Part shown: positions 36,830-60,800 of the stretch, piece by piece
Layout: each line of letters opens with the position of its first letter
Position numbering within the stretch: the first letter of the stretch is position 1
Source: Oopsacas minuta
Taxonomy: Eukaryota; Animalia; Porifera
Length of the DNA: 64,000 bases
Reading direction: 5' to 3'
NCBI GenBank assembly: GCA_024704765.1
Contig: JAKMXF010000111.1
Location: 450,619-514,618 of the forward strand
Program-made: the position numbers and the translations under genes
The notes under the pieces: generated by a model
What the model was told of the DNA's origin: nothing
Seen by the model: only the letters and a program-made list of their open reading frames with translations
Databases searched by the model: none

Positions 36830-37550
36830 TTAATGTTTATTTGTTTGTTTGTTGAATTGATAAGTGATATAATAGAGTGATAGTTATGCTGTGTATATAT
36901 GAATATTTCAATCTATGAATTGTTTATTTGTTTATATTTCATTCGTAAACAACTCTAGAACATTCGCAAAATATCACTCCTTCACTCCTTTTATCAAAGT
37001 TCAAGGGACCGCGATAATTACTTGATATAACCGGCGAGTTATGTTACTTTGACGGTTTGGGACCATATTTGTATAATTCACACTTCAATGTAAGCAGGTA
37101 TTCCAATATATCCGTGTTTGATGTAACAGGTGTTGACTATATATGATATTCCCCAAGTTAAAACAACAACAAACAAACAAAAGAATTTTTGCAGACATGG
37201 ATAGTTTGTAATTTTTTTGACACTGCACAAAGTGGACAAGGCGCCATCTGGGATAAATACAGACGAAATTTTCCCAAAAATATTACTGATTTTTATTAAT
37301 TACATTACATAATTCCTCAAATTATCCGTTACCAGAACTATAGGTGTCTGATAGTTCTGTTTTATCTCTAGGTTAATATCGCACAACAGAATTTTATAGC
37401 TGATTAAGTAATTTATCTTAAAACAACTTTCAACTTCTAATTGTCACCTCCAGTTACACACAATATTTGTATATTTAATGATATCACACGAATAGGCTTT
37501 ATTAATTACAGATTGTAATGAACAGAAATAATATATCCCTGAGTTTAATA

Positions 37551-37767
37551 CCGTAGTCTGGGGCTACTTTGGTCCACTGGGTTTGCTTTAGCCCAAATAT
37601 CAAAGCTTCACAGCAACTAGATTAGATTGAGTATTATACTTGAATATGACTTACCAAATATTGGTAGACACTTTCGGATACAAATACAATATCTATTCGA
37701 TGCGTAAGGAAATTTCAATATTTGGGCTAAAGCAAACCCAGTGGGCCAAAGTAGCCCCAGTTTACTG
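37551..37767. mobile_element. Tc1/mariner(pogo)-type MITE
   Basis: About 50-bp TIRs (ctggggctactttggtccactgggtttgctttagcccaaatat versus its near-perfect reverse complement) with TA flanks. Confidence 0.75.
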
Positions 37768-38097
37768 TATATTAATCTTTGACACCTTTTATCAGAGAAT
37801 ATTTTGGTTTGTTTTCGTTGTTTAATGTTTAGTAAACCAATTCACATACAAAATGAAAATACAATAAGTCGTGTTCTCCCATTGGGATTACAAGTTCAAA
37901 ATATATATGAGAAAGACACTAATAGAAATATGTTTATTATAAGCAAGAATGTACAAAACAACAAAAAATAAAAGGAACAATATTGATACAACAAATCAGG
38001 AGTAACCCTCAATCACCTGCAATATTCTGAATTCATAAATTGATAATCAAAGGATAATAATGATAACTTCTGATTCAGAATAGGTGTATACGTATGA

Positions 38098-39279
38098 TTA
38101 ATCAGGTGTCAAGTGGTTCATTTGAGCTCTCTTCTTACAGACAGGTTCACAGACTGATTCTTCCAGAAATGAACTTGTAATACGTTTGATACGATTCGGA
38201 ATTTGGCTCGAACTGATTTTATCTTCTTGGAATATTTCCGTTACCATTGGCGGCAGGGGTCTTAACAAATGTTTTAATCTTGTAACACCCTCCTGGGGGC
38301 AAGAGGACAACACAGGGGTACAAATAGGTACAATCCTCTCTGGACATATATTCTTAACAAATTCCGTTAACTCAGAATAACTGCAATGATTCGAGTGTTG
38401 AATTCTCCATAACAATTCTTCGGGTATATATTCACATTCTACTTTCAATTTATTATTCATAACGAACCACTGGATAGTTGGCTTTATGTTTAACACCCTG
38501 GGGTCTATTTTGCACCCCTTGCCCCCTTCCCAGCTGTTAATATTTATCCTTGACACCTCGTCTGTGATACAATCTTTAAGAACTGATATAGCTTGATATT
38601 GTTCGGATAGTTTTGACTTTGAAATATTTGATTGAATTCCAATCTCTGTGAATATTTCTACTATTAAATATTCATAGCCGAGACAAGGGAAATTCAAACA
38701 GACCTTATTTTCAAAGTGGCAGTCTAACCACTCGATTGTCTTATTAAGAAGTATTTTCCTAGATGTGTCGCGGTCGATAAATCTGTCGGCTGATGGATGG
38801 CAGAATGTTGTATCCAGATATACACTTTTTATTTGTTTAATATCCCCGTCCTCTCTGTATAACCGTGTTTCTTTGAGGTCTTTCGCGTCCAACCGGAAGT
38901 CCCCCGTGTATAGCACATTCCCATTCACACCTTCGAATAGGAACATAACAGCTCCAGGGCAATGTCCAGATTGCAGTGACGTCACAGTAACTTTAACACC
39001 CTTTGATAGTTCTATATTAACCGGGGAATTTACCTTTAATATTTCTATCCGGGCTGTGAGCTCATATATAATGGTTGATAGAATTGATTTTGATATTTCC
39101 GTCATATACAATTTAGCGTTTGAGAGTGCCAACATTTCTGCGAATTTTTCTAGCCCTTTCATGTGATCCTTGTGTGCATGGGACAAGAAGAACGCGACAC
39201 CTGCCTTGTGCGTATGAGCACTGAACTCATCGACTATAACCCCGGGGTATTCACGGATTTCTCCGCGATAAACTGACAT
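38098..39279 (-). CDS. DCLRE1C: Artemis (SNM1C) metallo-beta-lactamase/beta-CASP nuclease, single exon (393 aa)
   Basis: N-terminus MSVYRGEIREYP resembles Artemis. Motifs FFLSHAHKDHMKGL, GHCPGAVMFLFEG.NG.VLYTGDFRL, SVYLDTTFC, GYEYL, HSNHCSYSEL. Confidence 0.85.
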   Translation of the reverse strand: MSVYRGEIREYPGVIVDEFSAHTHKAGVAFFLSHAHKDHMKGLEKFAEMLALSNAKLYMTEISKSILSTIIYELTARIEILKVNSPVNIELSKGVKVTVTSLQSGHCPGAVMFLFEGVNGNVLYTGDFRLDAKDLKETRLYREDGDIKQIKSVYLDTTFCHPSADRFIDRDTSRKILLNKTIEWLDCHFENKVCLNFPCLGYEYLIVEIFTEIGIQSNISKSKLSEQYQAISVLKDCITDEVSRININSWEGGKGCKIDPRVLNIKPTIQWFVMNNKLKVECEYIPEELLWRIQHSNHCSYSELTEFVKNICPERIVPICTPVLSSCPQEGVTRLKHLLRPLPPMVTEIFQEDKISSSQIPNRIKRITSSFLEESVCEPVCKKRAQMNHLTPD

Positions 39280-39978
39280 ATTTCTAATAGAATACTTTTA
39301 GTAAAATGTTGATTAATTGTGCGAAGTCATATGATACAACGATTGTTAATATGTATGTTTACAGTTTACATATTTGTTGTTTGTATTTACTTACCAGATT
39401 CAGCACTCTTATTGTGTTAATTTTTCATGTTTGAAAATCGATTCATTTCAATTGGGCCAAAGTTTGTGTAGCAAGGTTGTAACCAATAGTTCCATATTCG
39501 GTTAAGCAACTACGCATAAATACGGATATTCGATTCGATCGGTTTCAACCTTGGTGTACAGTAAACTCTCGTGATAACGACTCTCGGTTTCATTTTGTTA
39601 TACCTGGAGTTTACTGTGGATTTATAATGGCTACAGACCGAGTAATATATCATTAGCATTTAGACCACTTCATGCCACTCTGGCGACACTTTTAATTCTC
39701 GAAATAGTACATGATCTAAAGATCGTGCTTAAACTTTAAAATAATAGAAAACAGACCTTGTACCTGTGTTTAATGAATAATTTGGAAGCAATTACTGAAG
39801 GAAATTATGTTAACAAGTTTATGGAAATTACAGACAATAACTAGAGTCAATTCTAATTAAAGAATACTAATAATATACTAAAGCGTTTCGATGGAATTCC
39901 CTTTCTAAATTTGCTTAATAAGTCTGGGCCATGTATGGCTGTCTATAAATATCGATTCCGTACTAAAAGTCTTAAGAA

Positions 39979-40413
39979 ATGACAATGAATAATAACAGGG
40001 ACAATATTTTCAAAGTTAATTACTCTATCTTAATGATCTGCGGACCAATTTTGGTGGACAACTGGCAACGTTGGAAGGAATATTTCCACACTACCAAGAT
40101 CGAAAGTCTTATGTTTTTAATTGATCTGAAGAAAATCGAAACCGTCGAGTATCGAGAAATTAAGAAGGTTCTTGAATGCGATTCTATAAGCGTTTCAGAC
40201 AAAAATAAGATCAAGAAGGAAAGAAAATTGGCTAACAACCGAAGAGCCGCTAGGAATTTTCGTGAGCGGGGACTGAAGACAGAATTCAGTGACATCAAGA
40301 GTGTTGAAACGCTGAAAAAAGTCAAAGATTCTCTTCTAAGGGAAAAAGAGAGACTTTTGAAGGAGACAGAATACTACAAAGAAAGGATTGTTGTCTTTGA
40401 GGCAGAATATTAA
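39979..40413 (+). CDS. Short bZIP transcription factor, possibly CNC/Maf-like (144 aa)
   Basis: Basic region ERKLANNRRAARNFRER followed by a heptad zipper (V..LKKVKDSLLREKERLLKETEYYK). The preceding helical segment is spaced like the CNC/Maf extended homology region. Confidence 0.7.
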   Translation: MTMNNNRDNIFKVNYSILMICGPILVDNWQRWKEYFHTTKIESLMFLIDLKKIETVEYREIKKVLECDSISVSDKNKIKKERKLANNRRAARNFRERGLKTEFSDIKSVETLKKVKDSLLREKERLLKETEYYKERIVVFEAEY

Positions 40414-40500
40414 ATATTCATAAACCAATTCATACAATATAAGTTACCATCACTTTACTATAATAATATACTATTAAAGCTCACAAATATACCTTTATTT

Positions 40501-40837
40501 CTAGGTTGAAACCAAATAGTTCAATATTCGGTATCCGGTATCCGGTATTCGGTATTCGGTATTTGGTATCCGGTATTCGGTATCGGTATTCGGTATTTGG
40601 TATCCGGTATCCGGTATTCGGTATCGGTATTCGGTATTTGGTATTTGGTATCCGGTATTCGGTATTCGGTATTTGGTATTCGGTATCGGTATTCGGTATT
40701 TGGTATTCGGTATTCGGTTTTCGGTATCCGGTATCGGTATTCGGTATTCGGTTGGTCCAAACCGAATATTATTGGTAGTCTTCGGTTAGGTCACTATTCA
40801 TGAATACTGATATTCGGTTTGAGCGGTTTCAACCTTG
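40501..40837. mobile_element. MITE with 13-bp TIR and internally expanded (ggtattc/ggtatcc/ggtattt)n array; hAT-like by inference
   Basis: Ends ctaggttgaaacc / ggtttcaaccttg. Flanks ctttattt and gtttatta match 6/8. About 200 bp of 6-7-mer repeats inside. Confidence 0.65.
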
Positions 40838-42034
40838 GTTTATTATAAGACAGGGGTACTGGGAAGGGTTCCTTACGGACCAATTCTAATACTTTCTGTG
40901 GAACACCAAGGGGTTTATGGGAACCGATGGCTAAGCCAATCAAATTGCAGTCTCAAGTTACTATATCCAATTGAGTCTAGACATCTGGGTAAAACCTCAA
41001 ATCTGATAAGCCGAAATATTTGACACCTTTCCTCAGAGATTTGTCACTATTTTGCTTAGATATTATCAATAATTAGTGGGTGTATATCACATTCTACACA
41101 CCTGTAAAATTCATATTTCTAGCTCTTAGAAAATTGCTCAAATAATGATTTTGTTAGTTTTGCTATTTTTACCAATCTATTGACGATATTTCCCTGTCGG
41201 TTAACTACCTTAACAAACACATTATTATTCTAATAACTTTCAATATGAATAAATTATGTCAGAAAATGTAAGGAATCTTTGTAAATGTTCTAATATAATT
41301 ATTAATATCCTTAAATATAAGCTATTACATACTTGATTCATATGAATATTCTCTACTTATATCTTTCAATATCACGAGGGTAAAAGCATATCCCCAGAGA
41401 GATACTCTTTTCAATTCTTACACTGTTACGTAGCATTTTATATATTGTGCTAGTCAGTAGGTGTTAGTATTTTAACCTACGAGTCAGTGTAATGGACAAC
41501 TTTAATGGAGAGTGATCTCTGGAGGTGACAGAAGCACATAAGTTGTGTCATGTGAAAGGAAATGATATTGTGTAGATAATGATTTGATATTTTTGTGGTT
41601 TAGAAAGTTCATTGTGTGTTCGATAGATTATACAAGTATCAGAAATGACCATGGATATTACATATTTGCCAGTGAGGTCAATTATGAATTTTGGTTGTTA
41701 ACTACCAAGGAATTGGTAAGAGCTACAAACATGAAGTTTGGTAACCGAGTGTAGTATGCCATACCGCGGAACATTCACTAATATCTAAGCGATATCTCTC
41801 AAACTCTATGAGAAAAGGTGACAAATACTTTGACCAATCAGATTTGAGAGTGTACCCAGTACATATAAGCTCCCATTCTATTGGTTATTTGACTCAGTAG
41901 TTTGTATTAATAATTCTTGACACCTATCTGAGCCTCTAAATTGATTGGTTAAGAGGAACACGTGTATAAAATCGATTCTGACAACAAATAAAATACAAAT
42001 AAATAAATAACCAAGAAGGCTATTATTTTATAAT

Positions 42035-44239
42035 CTAGGGATTGTTGGCAGGCGGCATCTGACCAATCCGTGGTTGTTTATAAAATTCTGCCCTTTCTGA
42101 CACCTCTATTTTGCCCGCATTCATCACGAATATTCTGCTGTCTGGTTTCTGGTGGAGCTTTATGAATTTCATCAAATAATGAGAGTTTGAAATAGACCGC
42201 AAGGAGATGTGATTGTCCACAATCTTATCTGCGCAGATCGTAATCAGGGGTTCTGGCATTTGTAGAAGTGTTTCTCCCCATTCCCTATAAGATTGGACAG
42301 GGGATTTACATGCAGCGAGGTGGAGAACTGTCAAACCATTTCCATCACGAGCATAGACGTAAGCCCCTAATATTGTGAGCTCTTTGAAAAGCAGAGTTGC
42401 GAATTTCTTACCAGCTTTGTCATGTGCTAATATCCAAATTAACGGAGTCATGTGACCCATTCTTTCGTTGAAATCGACACCAAAATCTTTGAAAAAGTAT
42501 AAAAGATCGTTTGGATTCAATTTTAATTCGACACAAATCATGACACGCCATGCCACAATTGCCGCGACACAATTTCCTAAAATTCCCAGCTCTACATTTG
42601 GACTCTGTCTAAGTCGATGCCAAATTTGTTCGATAACACCTCTAGCGGTGTCTCTCTCCATCTCATCTATCTCAAAATACCAAATGCAAAATACCAAATT
42701 TATCTGGAAGATCACATCCTGTATAAAGTGTCCAATATACCCCGCTTTAACCGCGTGTATGTCCGATGGGACCAATTTCCGGTCCAGAAGGGGTAACATT
42801 CTTCTCGAGAGGAACGTCAAGAATTTATCCATGAACTCCTCAATCCGCCTGCTGAATCTTAAGTGGCCGATAGCTCGTACAATTCTTGTCAAATGCTTAC
42901 TAATCTGGAAATTAAAATCTGAATTTATCTGTTTATTGCTGATATTAAAGTCTGAGTTTAAAGTGTCCATATAACAGTGAAGAAAGTAGTGTAACGTGTT
43001 TGTGTTCAGTTTTTTGTTTACCGTACTTATTAGCAAAGATTCCATTTGTGTGGCTAGAAACTCGATGAACCATGGACTGGTCAAATCAGAAAATGCCTTA
43101 ACGTTATTCAGGGTCAATTCCAAACCTCTGTCGATAATGTTTTCCTGTTTAAACGGTTCGATATTTTCTGGTAGATATATTGAATCGGAGGTTACCCCGT
43201 GTTTGACACGGGTCAGAAGGATTATTCGATGGTTCTTTGCATCGAATGGTGGCAGCTGTTTGTATTGTGGCATGGTTATGGCATAGCGACACAATATGTC
43301 TGACACTCGAAGACACAATTTATCTACCATTAACTGTATCAAATGTGTCCTACCGTGGTGTACAGCAAGTGCTAGCGAAGTTATACCCGTTGAATCGGGG
43401 ATAATTTGTAATCGAGGGAGTTGGCGAATGATCTCAGTAGCAATATGATTTGGTGTTGACATTATGACCAGTAAATGAAGGATTGTTAGTCCGAGCGGTT
43501 CAATTAGCGCCTTTTCATCTGCTCCCAAGTCCAGCAGGAAGTTAACCAACTCGATGAATTCTTGTTTATTGTTGTGTCTAGAATATATATTTATTAATAC
43601 ATGTATAGGCTGGAGACCGTCTTTATTCGGTTTGGAAATTAGCGTTTCTAAGTTCGCTCGTATCGGAAAATATTTTAATCTATTTATGAGAGAATTGAGA
43701 TACCCTCTGGCCACTAGATGCAAAATATTTTCTCCGTTTTTATCAGTCCCAAGTCCGCTTGCCCCAGATATAAGAAGCCTATGTGCCTTGGCCAGGTTTG
43801 AATGGTCCCATTCTTGAGTTGTCCAGTTGTCCAACAACGCTAGGCAATTGCCCGAATCGGTTACGTCAGGATCACCCAGTTTGTGAGAGAATAAATAATC
43901 GAGCGTCACTTTAAACTCGTATAAAATAGGTTTTAAAACCGGCGTCTTGTCATCTGTGTACACAAGCAATTTACAAATAATATTTTTCTTCAATAAAGTC
44001 AAAAGGAATTGGACCGTATGGGTCGTAAAACAGAAATTATCCGCGCGCCCCTCTGTCACTATAATTTTATCAGAGATTACACCGGTTTGTAAGAGGATAA
44101 TACTCTCATTATTAGTTACTTTATTGCCTATTTGGTGAAGGGGAAGAGTCCTTAGAAAAGAGATTCTACTTTTCAATGACAGGTTCTCCGCTATCACAGG
44201 CTTTAGATTAGTCCAGTCGATTGCAAAAGGAGTCTGCAT
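42035..44239 (-). CDS. Intronless ankyrin-repeat protein (734 aa), N- and C-terminal ankyrin clusters around a helical middle
   Basis: Uninterrupted ORF with ankyrin-like motifs DKNGENILHLVA, NKDGLQPIH, GLTILHLL, DSTGITSLALAV, GHMTPLIWIL, ARDGNGLTVLHLAA. Confidence 0.75.
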   Translation of the reverse strand: MQTPFAIDWTNLKPVIAENLSLKSRISFLRTLPLHQIGNKVTNNESIILLQTGVISDKIIVTEGRADNFCFTTHTVQFLLTLLKKNIICKLLVYTDDKTPVLKPILYEFKVTLDYLFSHKLGDPDVTDSGNCLALLDNWTTQEWDHSNLAKAHRLLISGASGLGTDKNGENILHLVARGYLNSLINRLKYFPIRANLETLISKPNKDGLQPIHVLINIYSRHNNKQEFIELVNFLLDLGADEKALIEPLGLTILHLLVIMSTPNHIATEIIRQLPRLQIIPDSTGITSLALAVHHGRTHLIQLMVDKLCLRVSDILCRYAITMPQYKQLPPFDAKNHRIILLTRVKHGVTSDSIYLPENIEPFKQENIIDRGLELTLNNVKAFSDLTSPWFIEFLATQMESLLISTVNKKLNTNTLHYFLHCYMDTLNSDFNISNKQINSDFNFQISKHLTRIVRAIGHLRFSRRIEEFMDKFLTFLSRRMLPLLDRKLVPSDIHAVKAGYIGHFIQDVIFQINLVFCIWYFEIDEMERDTARGVIEQIWHRLRQSPNVELGILGNCVAAIVAWRVMICVELKLNPNDLLYFFKDFGVDFNERMGHMTPLIWILAHDKAGKKFATLLFKELTILGAYVYARDGNGLTVLHLAACKSPVQSYREWGETLLQMPEPLITICADKIVDNHISLRSISNSHYLMKFIKLHQKPDSRIFVMNAGKIEVSERAEFYKQPRIGQMPPANNP

Positions 44240-44792
44240 TCTTTTACTGTTGCTATGGATACTGGCTATATATGTATATGTTCATATATTTGTAACAAAA
44301 TACGATAGAGTCCATAGTTACACTTTAGCTGGAAAATATGTGTGCTTGAGACCAGAGGTAATAGCAGAAGTGAAAGTTGAAATTTGGGTGGCATTGATCT
44401 TTTGGCGGGGCCTGGGAAAATTTATATTGGTGGGACATCCAAAAACGGGACAATTCCACTTCTTCACACCTTTTCGCCGGGGGAGGACACTCATAAATGG
44501 TCCGAAATAGTGGCTGTGGGGTAGCCAAAACTTGTGCTACTCATTTCGAATCAAAATTAGCTCCCATTCATTATAATTCAATCCCTATTGAGATGAAACG
44601 TATACTCGATATGTCTTATCCGGTAATAATTTTGTTATGAGTGTAATTCCAGATGATGTGTCCACAAAATTCATGCTACCATCTTGAAAAGTTAATCCAT
44701 GTTCAATTGTCATGCTAGGTTCTTGCCCTTCATGCCAAAGCAAATTCTATAAACTTCGTTCATGATCTGGAGACATATAACTACAGATCTGG

Positions 44793-44935
44793 ATGGCTGG
44801 AACTGGTAACAAACGCTGCTACGAAGATATACTTTGTGTAAGAAAGAAATGCTAGTGAGGACGATATTAGAAAATCTCTCCATCCAGACAAAATCATAAA
44901 TTCAGAAGAATCAACGAAGAAATTCTCAGAGCCAG
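44793..44935 (+). pseudogene. Degenerate DnaJ (J-domain) first exon
   Basis: MAGTGNKRCYEDILCVRK, +1 frameshift near 44841-44847, then NASEDDIRKS-LHPDKIINSEESTKKFSE followed by a gt donor. HPD is intact but about 6 residues of helix II are missing. Confidence 0.6.
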
Positions 44936-45294
44936 GTGTGTGTGTGTTTTGCGATTTTCTTACTCAAATCAATATAGCCTCATATTAATTAACACGCAAT
45001 CTGTTTGTTAATTAAACTGTCTGATATGTTTCATAGTTACAAAGTTTAAAATAATATTGCTCATATTAATTGTACAATAATGACCTTTGGTAAGATTCGC
45101 ATTACATACAAAACAATACACCAATTATAGTATCAAATATGTTGTTAGTTTCATAACTTATAGGTGAATGTTGATCAAGTGACCAGGTATATATGAAGCA
45201 AGGCTTTCAGTATTTTGTTATAAAAACTCCAGAGTTTCTGATTTCTATAATTACAAAATAACTACAATTCATATTTTGAGGATAACTTCCTAAA

Positions 45295-58704
<13,410 letters not shown>

Positions 58705-59239
58705 TTCCCACTCACTTCTATTCATTTTAGAGTTTCACTGTCTGTCAAAAGAAATTTAATTATTATTTCAATTTATCACATAAGCCTGTCTGTACGTATT
58801 TTAAACTGTTTGTTTGTTTGTTTGTTATGTTTTACAATTCATTGAGAATGAAGATTGATATAATTTATACTGACAGGATACTGTCTTAAGGGGAAATTCA
58901 GTGGTTCCCCACCTAGGGTCCATTAGCGAAATAGTTTGAAACTGCTGTCTTAACTAAAAGCTAGTACCCACATACCGTAGGCTGTGTAAACATACGCGCT
59001 AAATACTAAACAAATAAATAAATAAATAAATAGCAAAGAATAACAAACAATAATATTTACATAGACTCATAGTATGTAGCTAGCAGATTCTGTTAAATTT
59101 AGCCCTCATACAGCTGTGATACAGGAGGCAGGGCCAATAGCCTCAGGAGTATATTTGTGGCCTTACGCCACTCGGCTACTGAATGGTAAGAGGGTTGTTT
59201 AGTTACCTTTATAAGAGAAGGGAACTTAACTACCCCAGT

Positions 59240-59497
59240 AACTACTACCATACGATCACTCTCAAAAGAGGATATTCCCTCTTATGGAAATAAAGAACTC
59301 AACTATATCTTGCTAATATTCCTCGTACTGACCCCACATAATGAATCTAGGCCTAAGTACTCATGGAATTTGTAGATCATACTGGGAGTATCTATTATTA
59401 GCATACAATCCCCGAGTAAATAAGGAGATAGCTCTTTCATGAACATATCTTGACGGCAGTGGCGTATTATGAAGCTACGGAGACCCCAAATACCCAT
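59240..59497 (-). pseudogene. Asteroid homolog (ASTE1, XPG/PIN-like) N-terminal fragment, disrupted
   Basis: MGIWGLRSFI...LIIDTPSMIY...LDSLCG. One extra G in the run at 59335-59332 gives GGQYEEY*QDIVEFF, resembling the ASTE1 GG.Y.....FF segment. Contains a frameshift plus an in-frame stop. Confidence 0.5.
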
Positions 59498-59716
59498 GCT
59501 AATAATCTGTAAGGCTTTTCTAAGAGGTAAATGAACTATTAGGCGACCTAGAATCCAGATAAATGCAATATTAGCTTACAAATAGTGTATTCCCACTGTG
59601 GTGCCGACCTCAAAATTCAGTCAATAAACTATAGCTGTGATATTTTGATGTTTACAATATACTATGGATCAAATGTACATAAATTGGTACTCACAAATAT
59701 GTATACACATTTACAA

Positions 59717-60025
59717 TTAGTTCCAATTTAATATTGGAGTGTTACTTGTATTTATTGACAGAGTAACTGCACTAAGCATATCCCTCACCTCAGAAAATGT
59801 TGGTCTGTCATCCTGGTCATATTTCCAAGTCTTTAACATAACTCTACTGATCTCCTCTGGGCACCCATGAGGAGGGGAGAGGGTCTTCATCAAGGAAAGA
59901 TTTTCTATTATTTCATTATTGGTCGCTTCTCCCCAAGGCTTATCTCCCAGCGTCCATATCTCGAATAAAGTCATTCCGAACGACCAAACATCTGTCTTTT
60001 CGCTGAATCTTTTGTAGAAAAAATT
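59717..60025 (-). pseudogene. Orphan 3' exon of a protein tyrosine kinase (subdomains IX-XI)
   Basis: [29 protein letters not shown]...PPHGCPEEISRVMLKTW...DRPTFSEV. No upstream kinase exons were found in the window. Confidence 0.7.
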
Positions 60026-60032
60026 CTAGAAT

Positions 60033-60245
60033 AGTCTCTTTGAATTCCCTCTGGTGATGGTCGTATCTATGTTTGGAGGGGTCAAAAACTGCACCTACAT
60101 CCACGATTATATCAAACTCATCAAGGACTTTGGGATCTCTGGAGCGAATTATCTTCGCTTCATTACACTCAGGAAGTGTTTTCAACATGTAGCAAGCTAG
60201 AGCATCGTCACAATGGAATGTTCCATTGTGTGTTCCGATTGTTTT
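60033..60245 (-). pseudogene. MYG1 exonuclease N-terminal fragment lacking start codon and 3' two-thirds
   Basis: [21 protein letters not shown]...[10 protein letters not shown]...[24 protein letters not shown]. An in-frame TAA lies just upstream with no ATG or AG acceptor. Confidence 0.75.
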
Positions 60246-60800
60246 GATGTTTTAAACAAATGAACAAAGAAAGAAAGTTAGATCAAAAAACAAAAAACAT
60301 CAATAATAATTTCCATAAATTTTCAATAGAAAAAAGCTCTAATAATTTTCATAAAATTTTCCAATAGAAATGATCTAATATTTTTCATAAACAAATTCCA
60401 TAGAGATGGAACAGTAACAATAATAATATTGCAGGTGTTGCAACTTGCACTGCAGGTTGTTGTTTATGGATTTTAATGTTAAGTTTTACATAGAGATTAA
60501 CTGCAGTTGTTGCCAATTATTGCAGGTGTGACAATATGTTTACTGCAGGTGTTGAGAAATTTGTATAAATAGGAACGGATTTTTCATTAATTATCTGGTA
60601 CCAGTATTATGGCTCATACACTCGCTTCTCTCTTCAACAAGACTGAGTAGGTCTTTTATTGATGTATGATCGTGTTTGTTTGTTTGTTATTGATGTCTGA
60701 CACCTCAAGCAACACGTAATCAGGAGTATCAGTTTGTTAAGTACCTTGTAAAATATATTTTAAAATAATTACAATCTTTTGAAATTCCTCCAAATTATAA

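Noticed and set aside
40506-40803. Three repetitive ORFs (YSVFGIR, IPNTEYR)
   Set aside because: They are translations of the ggtattc array inside a MITE.
38186-44138. Plus-strand ORFs at 38186, 38765, 42468, 42996, 43554 and 43947, and similar ORFs opposite ALG1, CAPZA and POLR2B
   Set aside because: They are antisense shadows of well-supported genes, with no motifs of their own.
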